From Raillietiella orientalis (Eukaryota), in the NCBI GenBank assembly GCA_036172245.1, contig JAYWIR010000005.1, positions 2,790,001 to 2,854,000 on the forward strand: DNA of 64,000 bases, given 5' to 3'. Numbering within the stretch: position 1 is the first letter of the stretch; each line of letters starts with the position of its first letter. This document shows, one piece after another, positions 36,501 through 49,400 of the stretch. A model generated the notes under the pieces. It had not been told where the DNA came from, ran no database searches, and saw only the letters and a list, made by a program, of their open reading frames with translations. A program made the translations under genes and the position numbers.

Positions 36501-39500
36501 GAGTAGGTGTTGAGGGTCGGTTCAGGGATATTCCGTCAGAACTTTTCTTTGTAACAGTGAATCTTCAAAGGCATGCGGAGCAATGACACTCTAAGTTCTT
36601 TTGACATTTCAAGGATACAATCGGGAGCATTCCTACTGAGTTACAAGAAAGCATTTCCTCAGAAACTCAAGTCTCCCCCTCTCTGTGAAGAGAGCTGGAA
36701 CCAACATTATTACTGCCATCATCAAGGATTGCGAGCCACGAAACTGCTTCGAACGATAGCAGGAAACCAAAAAGGCGGGGAATCCAGTTCTTTTCTTTGC
36801 GGCAACCTTGCGGCAAGCAGCCCTTTGGAGGAACAACGGTGACCTACGGATACGACGTGTAGGATGAGGAGAGAAGCAAGTTGGAGCAAAACTGCACGCC
36901 TGCTATGAAAAAAAAAAGAACAACAACAACAGTTGTTCAAAGAATGAAATGCAAGCTTATAATAAGTGACTGATAATGAATCGCATGAATCTTTTTTGAC
37001 CTCAATTAGTCACCGCCAGCATCATGAATGACATCAGTAAAGAAATGATTTGCTCCCACATGTACGTGGATCAATCAAATTCCTTTAATTCATTAATCAA
37101 GAGGGTGGGACTATCACAGCTAAATTATTCAGAGTGCTGGCGCGCACACTTGAAAAATTACATTACATAAGTTCTAAGATAATTGCTGACGTCAGGTTTC
37201 ATGTGGAAGTTTGGTTTGCGGCGCATAACCAGTGCCGACACTGGAAAGACAGATTACCTCGATTAAATCTTGTTATTCTGGTTGTTAAAATGAAAATGGG
37301 AGGAGGAAGATTGACAAAAGCCGAAGAACACTTTTTGATGTAATTCCAGACAGTTAAAAATCAGCTGAAAATAGAATCAGTTGAAAATAGTCCACAATTT
37401 GGGTTTGTTAGAGCAGCTTTCGTAAGTTTCCTGTAGTTTTGACCTTTAAAGCACACAGCTCTGCAGCTGAAATGGAGGCTTTTTCAATTCATACAAATAA
37501 TACTAGAGCAAGTAGAACATGTAACATTTCCCTTTCAAATAGAATAATATTGAGGAACATAGGCGATCCAGGCTTACTGATGCAGTGGTTGACTGGTCCA
37601 CTGAAGACGAAGCTGAGTGCCTAGTTGTGCTAGCCATCGGAAATTTTTAATAAATGACGCTCTAAAGGAGCAATTTCGAGGACTGCAGGATATCCGTTCA
37701 CCGCAGTGTAGGATAGTCATTTGTCATCACAGATCCTGTGAATTTTAATCTTCACTCGGATTTTCAATCACTTTCATAAGGTGACAAGGTCGCGAAGATT
37801 TCCATCGCATGTCTGTTGACTATGTCTTTTTTTGGTCGGTATGCACTCTCGAAAACTCACTCGTAGGTTTCTAAACTTTTGTTCCTAAGTGTTGGATACA
37901 GAATGTTGTCTTTGCAGTGTAAGAAAGATAGGTTGGCTTGTCAGAAGTGCTTTTAAGTTTCTGAACTTTGGTAGATTTGAAAATGATGTTTCAGTTTTTC
38001 CTATTTCGAGAGTGTGGCCCTAGAGTGAGAAGAAAGAAGTTCTTCCTCTTGCCTAAGCACGTTGAAGTTTCAGTCAGAGACAATTTCATCTATTCATAAA
38101 GTATTGCTGATTTGAAAATGCTCTCAGAAACTTTTGAGTGGTCTCCGGTCCGCGGAACCTAAAGACTTTATCTCTTTAGCTCAGTTGCAGTGCTTATAAT
38201 GAAACTCAAGGTAGCACTTCGGATTCTCTCTTGATGTCTTCCATGTTCTGAATCATGAGCGAGCTCACAATAAGTTCCAACGTGTGCTTAAATCCATCGT
38301 TATCATTCGTGGATTACGATGCTTCTCATTAACTGAGAAGCAATCCGAGTATTCGAATATGAAATGAAGCTGTCATATAGACATATGAATATATGGATGC
38401 CGTCTTCGGAAGTAAATTTTTTAGAATTCTATTTTTTTTTTTTGAGTTCTTCTAGATAGGAAGTTGCGTTTGGCAGAACATGACATCGATTATGCACTGT
38501 TGCTTACATAGAGGTGGTCTAGTTGACCCTCCACCAGATTTTAGCTGTGAGGTGGTAATAAATACTAATGAATATCACTAAAGAAATACTTCTCAAAAAG
38601 GCATTACTTTCAAATCATATTGATAGGAATGGTAAAAGTATCAACAAAATTAATAACGGTACAATGCTAGTCATTTGGAACTCTCAGGTGTAATCTGTAT
38701 CTACTGGATTGCATGGGAAAATACCAAACTACCCCGCGAAGACTCCCAACTCCCCCAGCAAAGTCTAAAATTCCAAGGGGTTGTTAGCGTTATTGGCTGA
38801 TTCTTCTCCAGAGGTCTGGACACTGGCCTGAGTCTCTTGTATGATAAAGTTCTCTTGTTCCAATACAGTGGGAAAATAAAAACGACGTACCTAGCGCAGT
38901 TTTGAGCTAGGATGGAATTAATTTATGGAATCCAGTTTTTACGAGCATCCCCGTGAGCTGCAGAGAACATCATGTATTACGTTCTTCTCGTCTGCTGCCA
39001 ACATCATCTATATAATATTAGCATTGGATGCTCTACTGTGGTTTCTTCAGCATTCTGATTGATTCTTTCCTTTCAGAGCTTTACGTGTTTATAATGTGGA
39101 TTTGCATTGCTAAGGAACATATGCCAAGTGTGTTGAAGGGGAAATCATTGGAGATTACAGTGAACTCCCCTAAATTGGTAAAAACAATTACTTCTTGTAA
39201 ACCAGGAAAAGCAGAAGTTGCTTAAACTTGGTTCGCAGTCCATGTGCATCATCATGATATGTTTACAAGAAATAAGGATCCTGGAGAGAAAGTTTAAATG
39301 AAGGCCTCAGTCTTTACGTGGCTGCGCGTAATGCTTGAATTCAAATGCTCAGATGAGTCAGAGTGATGTCTCCTTTGGTGTTTGGTGGTGTGCCGTTAAA
39401 ACGTGACCTCATCATTTCATGCAACAGCAAGAAATCGGAACCTTAGCAGTCGTGGCATCTCTTTGAATCTTCTTAATGTATGTTTAAAGGCATTCATGCG

Positions 39501-42500
39501 GAGAATTAGTCTTATTTATGATCCTTAGCTGCTCGTGGTGATGTTTAATTGGCTCATTAAGTACGGCAAAAATTTTCTTCGACCCTTTGCCCTTTGCTGC
39601 AAAAACATGCAATCTAGCTAACACACTGCCACAATATACCGACGAAAAAAAAAAAAACTAAGCAGCTGCTAAACATTGGTCCAGTTTTACCTCCCTCAGA
39701 TGTAACTAAACAAAAATGCAATTTGGCTCTCAGGTTTTCCTAAATTTACTAAATGCATTCTCTTATTAGAGGCCTGTAGAAATGCAAATCTTATATCGTG
39801 ATCGATCTTTTCTTATGCTGCAGTAGGGGGGCAGCATATGGATTTCGGGTAATCTAGTAATATCAGATTTAACCAGTTTTTTAAGACAGTAAAAGTTATC
39901 ACAATCCCACTGGAGATTCATAGCAGAATTAACATTGTCTGAATCAATTCTTGGGGATGTGCACATACCGAAGGTGAGATCCGAAAATAGAGACACTGAG
40001 AAACTACGCAAACTATTTATTCTTTCATATGAGAAGATGAAGTAGCACAGAGAACAGCAAAATCACTGAGATGGAGGTCTTTGGTTTTCCTTTCTGATCT
40101 TTCAAACTGTCAATCACTGTCTTGGGACTTTTCTTCTTATTAACTTATGGAATGTAATGGAAATACTTCGAAATGATCGCTTGTCTTTCAAGGAGCCTCA
40201 AATGAACTTTTGAACAGTCTCATGCTGCAAAGGAGACCCTACAAGTTAATTTACCTCATAAAGATATTTAAGGAGAATCTAATTCCGTTGCAATTAGGAA
40301 CCATGCGAGTGTCGTCACTGGGAATGGTACCACGCTTTTGTCTCACACACTGCTGTCTACGTAAGTGCGCTATGGGGTTCACCACGAAGCTGGAGAGGAA
40401 TGCCAAAAGTAGTAAAAATGATATTTATGTGTCTCCATTATGTCCGCAGAGAAAAGATTTTCTATTATTGCATCGCATTTCAAATGGTTTGGCGATGAAA
40501 TATGTTCAAAGCATTTTAGCTTTTACCTAATCACACTGAGGGCATTGTACACACGTAGGAGATCAGCTGCTACCAGAGTGTTGAGAATATTGGAAGAAGT
40601 CCCTCCGACTCCAGGCGAAGATGGCTCAAGGAGGGTGCAACAAATGCATAAATAAAAAGCAAATAGGTAGAGGGAGGAAAGATTTTGGAGAAACTGTTAT
40701 TATGTTGGCGGTTTTGAATAGAGGGAGTGTTAAAGATCACTTTTCTAGAATTTCTGTCTTTCGTGTTCCGGACTTGACATTTTCTCCAGCCGCTTACACT
40801 ATTTTGAGATGTGGTATTTTGGTAACTTATCCGCGGCAGTCTATTCCTTTTGAAAGCGGTCGACGTAACAAATTGAAGAATCAAACCATCCCTTGGGACA
40901 CGAAGAAAAATTGCAAACGAACCGCTCCTTTGAAGATATTTTAATCACAGCTTAAAAAAAAAACAAAAAAGTTTTCTTCAATAAAAACGAAAACGTTCAA
41001 ACACCTCAGTGCATTCACACTTGAGAAATTCTTTTCCTGCACATCCGTTCCTCTTCTATTATCAAATGATCGACAACTGTGAGCTCCAATCTATCTCAAA
41101 TGAAGTTCCAACCAACACCCATTCCCAAAACACAAAGACATGGAATTCAATAACTTCTTAAGATCGTAACTACCATTTAAGACCTTATTCTCCGAAGGGA
41201 GGAGAAGTTTGAGATTTTATTTTTCAGAGTTAAAAATGGATTAGTTCATGATGACTGCATCTGACTTTGAACAGTAATAGAAGATAGGTTTGCTACAGAT
41301 ACGACCGCCAAAGGCCAAACCAAACTTTCTCAGCTGCAGTGCAGGTTGATAGTAGATAGAGTAACTGACAAAGCTTCCATTAGTATACACTTTGGAATGA
41401 ATGATTTCACCTCGACACAAAGACACACTGAAGGCTTGTGTGGTGAGAAGGCAACCATCTGAAATGTTGAGCTTTGTGAGTTGCTCTTAGAAGCTAATTT
41501 GGGATTTGTTGACTCTTCATTTGAGTCATAACATTCAATATGAGACCCTGGTCATTAGGTTTTAGGAGCTGCAAGATCACTCCAAGTAGCCACATGCACT
41601 CATACTTGCATTAATCCGAAAAGCTTTCAAAGGAGCTCCACTCTTCTGAAAAAAAAAAGAAAAAAAAAAAAAAGCCCCGCTTTGATCATCCTTGGAGTTT
41701 AGATTAGCTGTCTGTAACAAATTTTTGTACAGTTTCCGTGGAAATACACTCTTGAAATCTCTTTCCCTATTCCTCGCCACTTCACAGCTCAATTTGCTGC
41801 TAGGAAATGCTTCTTCAGCATGTTGATGTAGGAACGATTTACAAACTGTTTTCTGTTCGGGCAGCAATCGCAAGTACTTTGATTTATCGTCGACCCGAGG
41901 AAAGTGCTCTTTTAAGGCGGCAGCAGCAACAAAAAAGGCTGTAAAGAAAATGAGCAGGCAGAAAAACTCCGCACCAAAAGTCAAAGAATTGTGACGCAAG
42001 AGGCAGAATAGGTAACAGGCAGAAGCACACAAATTAATTTGCCAAGATCGTGTGAATCACACATCCATTCGAAAAAAGATCCTTTGATAAATACAATCTG
42101 CTCAATTGCAATACAGCTGAAGAAAGCCTGCAACCCATGTTAACATTCAATAGGTGCAAATATAACGGAAATCTGGTGGAAATTAGGAGATCCTTTCGCT
42201 CGCTGAGACTTCCCTTGCTTTTCTTCTGGGGAGAGAGGAGCAGCAGCAGGAAGGATTTCTAAAGGAGGAGGAGGTGGCGTTGCCGTGGTAGTCCTCCTGG
42301 TGGGCGTGGCTGCTGTTCTGCTCCACCTCACGCACGCCAGAACTCCAAAACCAGCCGGTTGCGTGCACCGTTCGGGATCTGCAGGAAGCGTGGAGCCACG
42401 GATCCTATAACAACCCCTCCCTCCTCGATCTAAGTCAATTAGGTACCAAATGTCTTGGAAACCAATCTGAATGCTACTTTAAACGGAACTATCTTGTAGC

Positions 42501-43208
42501 GAGAGTTACGTAAGCTGGCTTTCGAAAACAAAAATTTGAACAAAGGACGGAACTGAAAAAAAAAAAAAAAAAAATGCCAAAATTCGTATAGAATGCAGTA
42601 AGGGAGCACTATGGATACCAGTTGAAACAACACAACGTCCAGCGCCATCCCAGGCTTTGGTTTATCGGCACATAGCAACCACTCAATAACAAACACATTG
42701 CATTAAAAAAAAAAAAAACCCTCAGCAAATATAACAAGATAACTTTCCCATTGCTTACATAGAAAAAAAAAATGACAAAAGTTTCAAGCTTCATAAATGG
42801 GAACATTTGGCCCACTCAATGCCTCATTGTTTATGGCCAATTTCCACAAAGAAAAACCTTCAAATAATTAATTTTTTTATGAATGCTTATTAAATGAGAA
42901 ACAGGACTCCCCATAAACAATTCTGACCAGTAAAAAAGGAAAAAAAAATGATGCAAATGCAGTTGGCAATATTGGCTGTTTCATCAATAGATGGTTTCAC
43001 TAGTTATGATGAAAACTATCCTAAGAATTAAAGGAGATTTTCCAAAGGAGTTTTCTTCTCATCTAAACATCCAAAACTATCTTTATCATTATATCAATAC
43101 TTTCTATGCATTTTACACAATTCTAATCTGTTAAGTAGTACTGGGCCTACTTAACCCAATTTGCTAAACATACATTAAATGGAAATGAACAGCCATTCAC
43201 AACTCTCC

Positions 43209-43252
43209 AATAAACCTGGAAATAGTGGGAACACACTATTTCCAGGTTTATT
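43209..43252. repeat. Perfect 19-bp inverted repeat, 6-nt loop
   Basis: AATAAACCTGGAAATAGTG-GGAACA-CACTATTTCCAGGTTTATT. Confidence 0.95.
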
Positions 43253-45854
43253 AGAAGCCAAAAAGAATAATCTTTGAATCAAACATCAAGTCAAGGTCAA
43301 TTTGCTGTATTCTAAACTACCATAACATCAAGAAACCACATTTAAAAAAACTAAGCTATCTAGTTAAGTTCTCCAAATGTTTACCTAGCAAAGGTGCTTT
43401 GTGTTCAAGTATTTGCAAGTCAAATTCTGTTACTGTTCACACCAGACAGACTGTGCACCAAGTATCTCAGTTATTTCTTCATACAACAGTGATATAGATC
43501 CCAAGGTGCCTTTTATTACTTTACTTTAGATAGACATCACACTATTATACAGGTTTGCTTAATGACATAAAGAGAAAATGATTTCCATGACCTTAAAGAT
43601 AACAGAATTGCAGAGCACAACTCCAAACAGACTAATAATAATTATCAGCAGCAGATCACCTTAGCTACTAGATTTTCTTGGCTAAGGTGACTTTCATCTG
43701 GACTCTACCAACAGTGCCAATATTACTTATTTTTTCCAAACACTGGTATCTTGAATTCGTGATTGTTTAGTCTTATCAGATGATTAAACCTGTACTGTTT
43801 TCACAAAGTAAAAGCTGCAACACAAAAAATGAGACCAATTCTTACTCTAGTTCCATAAATTGTTCACTTTACAGACTTCTAGTTCCAAAATTAACCAATG
43901 AATGTCCAAGATAGAGAAATGCATAAACAAGAACTCATTTCTGCACCTGCTTACAAGGGAATTTAGTTTTTGGTTCAAATTAAACAAGCAACTTTTGAGA
44001 AAATGATCTTTCATTTTCTTACGAGCTTCATTCATATTACCTCAAGAATCACTTTTACAAGTTTGCTTGACAAGCAACCAGAAAATCGAAATGGTATCTA
44101 ATGAAACTTCATTCCATTAACCAATATTTTCTGCATAGTATTTGCCACAAGCTACTGAAAATAACATAGAAATCACCTCTCCTTTAAAGGAGTACCTTAA
44201 TTCAAAATATTTCTCTTCAAAATGCAAGATGAATTCAGAAGGATCCTAATCTATATTTTCCCTTGTGATGAACAAATCTGCTAGAATCAAAATGCATATA
44301 ATTTAAGATCCCATATCGGCGCTTACAAATATGCCATTATTATTTCAACAGTAATAGCAGGAAAAACCTTACAATAACATGCAACAACATAATCCAGGCA
44401 TGGGAAAATCATAAAATCAAAGATTGAAAATGTACATACACAGTATTATTTTACAATGATTAAATACGAACACGTATATTTCTAACTTTATTTACGCAAC
44501 ATCAAAGGTTATTTTCCAATTCTGCTAATGCATCCCTCCTCCTCGAATCCTAACAATTTTCAAAATATTCAAAATCACCAAGTGAATGAATTTCAAGGAA
44601 GGAAACCAAAGGACACCGGATAGGGTACTTACCAGAGAAAGCAATTAGCATGAACAAGTGGACTGATGCATGGTTCCCAGACATCTCAGAATTCATAACA
44701 TAACCTCGATAGTAAAATCAGGGTTTTGATATCCGAAAACATTTGTAATTAAGGTATTTTTAAAGTACTATTTTTCCTCCATAAATTGATTTTTCGTTAT
44801 GTGTGTTTTTTATTCATGTTATCTCCAACTGTCGTTGAAATTCATTTTACCAAAATCCTTGCCCTTATATGCTGATACGTTAATGATATGGAGTATTAAG
44901 CAATTCATTTACAAAGTTCTTGTATCATTATTGGGTAACCGTTCCATAATATAAATGCTTAGATCGAGTTCCAGAATAAGGTAGAATCTAAATAAATCAC
45001 CAGAACTTCAACTTCAGTAAATAAGAATGTATCATTATATAGTCTGCTGTTTTTCTGTTCTCTTTGATATACCTTCTTCGTGGTTATAATTCGTTTGAAA
45101 ACTCCACAAGAAATAAGATCATTTATTAGAACGCAAAAATAAGTGAACCAACGGTAAGTCGATAGCATCGTGGGTATTTGCAGAAAATCCTCTTTCCAAG
45201 AGTGCCATTACTATTGCAATTGCAATACTGAGCAACATTTCCAGTAATTCAACAAATTGACTGTGAGCAAATATAATCTGATCTGTCCAAAGAATACGTA
45301 AAAGAATCAGATTTTGATATTCTCTAAAAGGCATCGACGCCTTTCATGCTCAATGGAAAATTTCAAGAGAAAATTAGTCAGTACGAAGATATTCTGAAAG
45401 ATAAACTAGTTTCGAAACAGAACTCAATAACTATTTACAAAAGGTTTAAAAACAAGAGCTTCGCTGATTTGGTCGTTGTTTCACTTATCTTCAAAAATTT
45501 CTATATGACTGAGATTTAATTTTTTTCTGAAAGTCAGTGTTCTTGGGTTTCATAAGGTATTCTCCGAAACATTGTTTGTAAATCAGGCCGAAAGAAACGT
45601 TCTAAGACATTGGTTGTGTTCAAGCCTATTTAAAAAGTATTCAACGAAATAAACTTGGCAGCAAAAAGTTTCAGATAAAACCCAGAGTAGCTTGATTCCA
45701 ATCTGGAGCCAGATTTTGTGAAATGAAGTCTCGTCTTGAATTTCCATGTGGTCCAATGGGTTCAAATTTTCGCTAGTACCCCATGAATTTCATACCTGTT
45801 TAAATGGGAGAAATGTGTATCTTAATAAACGAGAGTGAGTGAGATATCATGCAA

Positions 45855-45860
45855 TTTATT
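45855..45860 (-). terminator. Candidate polyadenylation signal (AATAAA) of gene A
   Basis: First minus-strand AATAAA I find after the stop, about 390 nt downstream, in AT-rich UTR-like sequence. Confidence 0.45.
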
Positions 45861-46247
45861 CTTGCACTTTTAAAATACATCTTAAATTCTCAAAATGAAA
45901 AGAACATCAACAAAAAGGTGACCAAAGAGAACTTTAAACAAGGAGAGGGTTCAGAGGATGTTCGGATTTACTTGTCATAAAGTTCTCTAGGACTCATACT
46001 TATCGTTGTAAAAATGAAAGAAAACCCCGTTAACACCGGGTAAACACACAAAAAAGAGATCTTAGTCTCATGAAACAAAGCGACAAGAACAAAAAAGAAA
46101 AACCAAAGAAATGCGGAGTGACAAATTCATCACAGGTTCGTCGGAGCTTGTAAGCTTGAAAGCATCCCAAGCTTGTGGTCGGTTGTCGTTAGTCGTATTC
46201 GAAGGCAATTACAGCCAGTGACGATCGATAGACTTCGGTCATAGCAA

Positions 46248-46450
46248 TTAAGAAAAGAGAGACTTAGAATGCATCCAAATTTGGAAGAAATACTCGTCTC
46301 TCATAAGCAACGAGTGATAAGAGTACGTAGTGATTTCAGCACTTTTCCCTGTTTCCTTCATCCAGGAAGGAACATTTTCTAGTGAGTAAGTGAGTGATGG
46401 AGTATCTTTCAATGAGATAATTGCTTCGTCTTCGTCATCTTCATCTAATC
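46248..46450 (-). CDS. sls: Gene A terminal coding exon
   Basis: Acceptor TTTAACAG|GA (phase 1). Encodes GLDEDDEDEAIISLKDTPSLTYSLENVPSWMKETGKSAEITTYSYHSLLMRDEYFFQIWMHSKSLFS*. The SW...LL.RDEYFF.IW tail resembles insect Sallimus C-termini as I recall them. Confidence 0.85.
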
Positions 46451-49400
46451 CTGTTAAAGAATTAGAGAAAAATTTGCAATGAAACACATCATGTGTCACT
46501 CACCAGGAGGACAGATGACTTGAATAGGCTCGTATCCTTCTAGAGGATCACTTTTGCCGATTTCGTTAAAGGCATAGACCCGTATGGAATACAGCTGCCC
46601 TTCCTGTAAGAAGAAGAAAACAAAGAGGGAATTTCTGTATGGTAGGGATTTAGAAATCAACCTGTAGTTCTTTAACTGTGAGACGCTGGACTGAAGATCC
46701 AACTTTTCCCACTTCCATCCATGTGATTCTGCGTGCATCTCGCATCACCACGCTGTATCCTAGCAGCGCAGAACCTCCATCGGATTCTGGCTCTCCCCAT
46801 TCCACAATGATTGTGTGAGGGCCGATAACTCTTATTTCTAGTGGCCCAGTTGGAGGGGAAGGAGGCGCTGAAGAATTAGAATAAGGAACGGGTGAATGTT
46901 GTAGTAGGCGTGATTTACATGCATGAGATTTCAGAGGAATCAAATCGGTCATGGCAGGTTCGCTAAGTCCCAATATGTTTTCGGCGTAGACCCGAAAATG
47001 GTACTCCATTTTTTCTTTAAGGCTCATAGCGGTGAAGTAAAAAACAGAAGGGTCCAGATCAGCTATTTTTTCCCAATGATCGGTTCCAGCTAGCCTTTTC
47101 TCGATCACATAACCTGAAAGGAACATTAGCGGATTAGCAAAAGACCTTTCGCAATTTAAGTACCAGTTATATCAGTTCCTCCGGTGCTGTGAGGCTGTCT
47201 CCAGGTAAAGCTAACGCTTTTACTGGTTACATCAGTTATAGTCAAATCTTCCGGTGGTGAAGGAGATGCTGAAAAGTAGCGCAATTAATAATAGAATAGA
47301 AAATCGACTGTAGACATAGAAAATATAGACATAGAAAATCGCTGTCCTTAGACGGTTGGATAATAACTGCTGTCATGCACCGCAGATTCAGTTGAGATTG
47401 AGTATCCATGTTGGTGTTTCTGTAATAATAACTTACTTATTCTTCGTCCAGCTGTAAAAGTTTCTTCAGGACAGTAAGGCAAGCTGGTTCCATTCTCATT
47501 CCTTGATGACACCCGTAAATAGTACGATGCATTCTTTGTCAGTGATGTCACTTGTACGTTGGTGAGCTCTCCTGTTGTGACTCCAACTCTTTTCCAGGCT
47601 TTTTTGCCAACTTGCTTGCGCTCAATTATGTACTCATCAACAGGGGAAGGAGATGGTTTCCAGCTCAATGTAAAAGATGTGTCTTCCATTCCTGTCACTT
47701 CAAAAGGTCCTCTGGGAGGTTCAGGAAGACCTTACATAAACATAAAAATTATAAAATGAACTCCTGGCTGCTAACTAAAGTTATAGTTTTTTAGGTTGCA
47801 CGCTTACATATTTGTTGTTTAAAAACAACTGCTGGGCTTTGCAGAGGCTCAGAAGATCCTACAATGTTAACTGCGCATACTCGGAACATGTATTCGTGAC
47901 CAGGGATGAGCTCCTGGATGCAGTAACTGCAAATGTCCGCTTCAACATTAGCAAACTGCAAAGAACAAAAACCGCAACGTTGATATGGAAAATCAGGTGA
48001 GCAGAGACGAGAGTACTACAAAGCGGAGCCATCTTTAACAGACGCAAGAGTGCATCCTAGCGTAGCACTTGATATACTGACTTCAAGGGATCAAGAAACT
48101 CACCACAGCTGTGGAAAGAAGGGAATACAAAGAAGAGAATAAAAAAAGATTCTGACTAGTTCGCTGATGACTTTGTTAGAGAGAAAAGTTAAAGCGTGCT
48201 TAGTAATTCCCTGGACTGGATTTCTTCCTTCCGGAAACTTACTCTAAGCCACATCTGGAGTACTTCATCATACTTCTCGATAGTGTACAGAGAAAGATCT
48301 GTTCCTCCATCATCTAGTGGAGATTTCCATTGCAGAATGATCTTGTTTGCATCTATCTGTTTTGCGAAAAGGGGTCCTTCAGGAGCTCCGGGTTTATCTG
48401 AAAGAAGTTGGTTTTGTCTCGAGAGCTGATTTTCAGTTCCATCTGAGGAACAGAGAGGATAAAGCACTTGGAAATGCAAGGACTCGAAGAGATGCGTTCC
48501 ACGTGGCATGAGTTTTGAGGAAAGGGATATACGGAAAATTCAGTTCAGAATGAAAATGTCTTGGGATGAGTGTCACAAGAGATGCTTACCCACAGGTTCC
48601 TCAGAGATGTCCGAGTCACGTCTGGCTGATGAAATTTCTGAAATACATCTCGCTTGAGTCAGTGAGAAACAAGGAAGATTCATGCCGCGACGGAGGCGTT
48701 TAAAAACATTGACAGGAATAAGGCACGAAAAGTAGAAAGTTGAAGGTTAAAGAGTTGAAAGCACTAGAGAGCTCATCAAAATGTAAAGATGTCACACGTA
48801 AATTGAGCAGCTGCATTCCTATGAATAACAGAAAGCAACGTTTATTTCCTCTAAGAAAACAAAGCGAGAGAACAAACTCGTGTTCGGTACGAAAAGCAAG
48901 GAGATGCATTTCTAGGGATGAAGGAAAAGGGAAATCCTGTGGCGCATACGGTGAATAAACACTTACCTGACAGTTTGAGAATGAAATCTGCGCTTTCTTC
49001 TTGCATGTCGTTTGCAACCCAGACGGTATAAGTTCCACTGTCTGCGATAGACACTTGTGGAATCGTTAGATGAGTTTCTGACTCCGTTGTTTGAATTTCT
49101 CCATGGAAACTTTCATCAATGCTGTGATCATTCTTTTTCCAGCAAATTTTCGGTTTAGGATAGCCACCATAAGCAACTGGAATGTGGTATTCGGAACCGA
49201 TTTTTCTTCTTTGAGTAGATAAACTCTCATCGAACTTAATAAAGATGGGTTCTAAAGGAAGAAGATATAAATCTTAGGGCATGCTTTCCAATTTTTTTTA
49301 AGAATACCCCGAATTGTCACTCTCGCTTGTGTGGTAGATGTTCCAGCTGCATTTTTGGCGGAGCAAATGTAAACTCCGGCATCAGATTCACTGCGAACTG

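Noticed and set aside
41577..42032. 151-aa ORF with a hydrophobic N-terminal stretch
   Set aside because: Non-ATG start, runs through a poly-T tract, no recognisable homology or splice support.
7499..42718. Poly-A/T runs (e.g. 7499-7516, about 11294, 29744, 32953, 42555) as retroposon tails
   Set aside because: No shared upstream body, pol III boxes or target-site duplications seen; treated as simple homopolymers.
45824..45829. Plus-strand AATAAA suggesting a convergent gene
   Set aside because: I could not build a plus-strand exon chain; the hexamer is common in AT-rich DNA.
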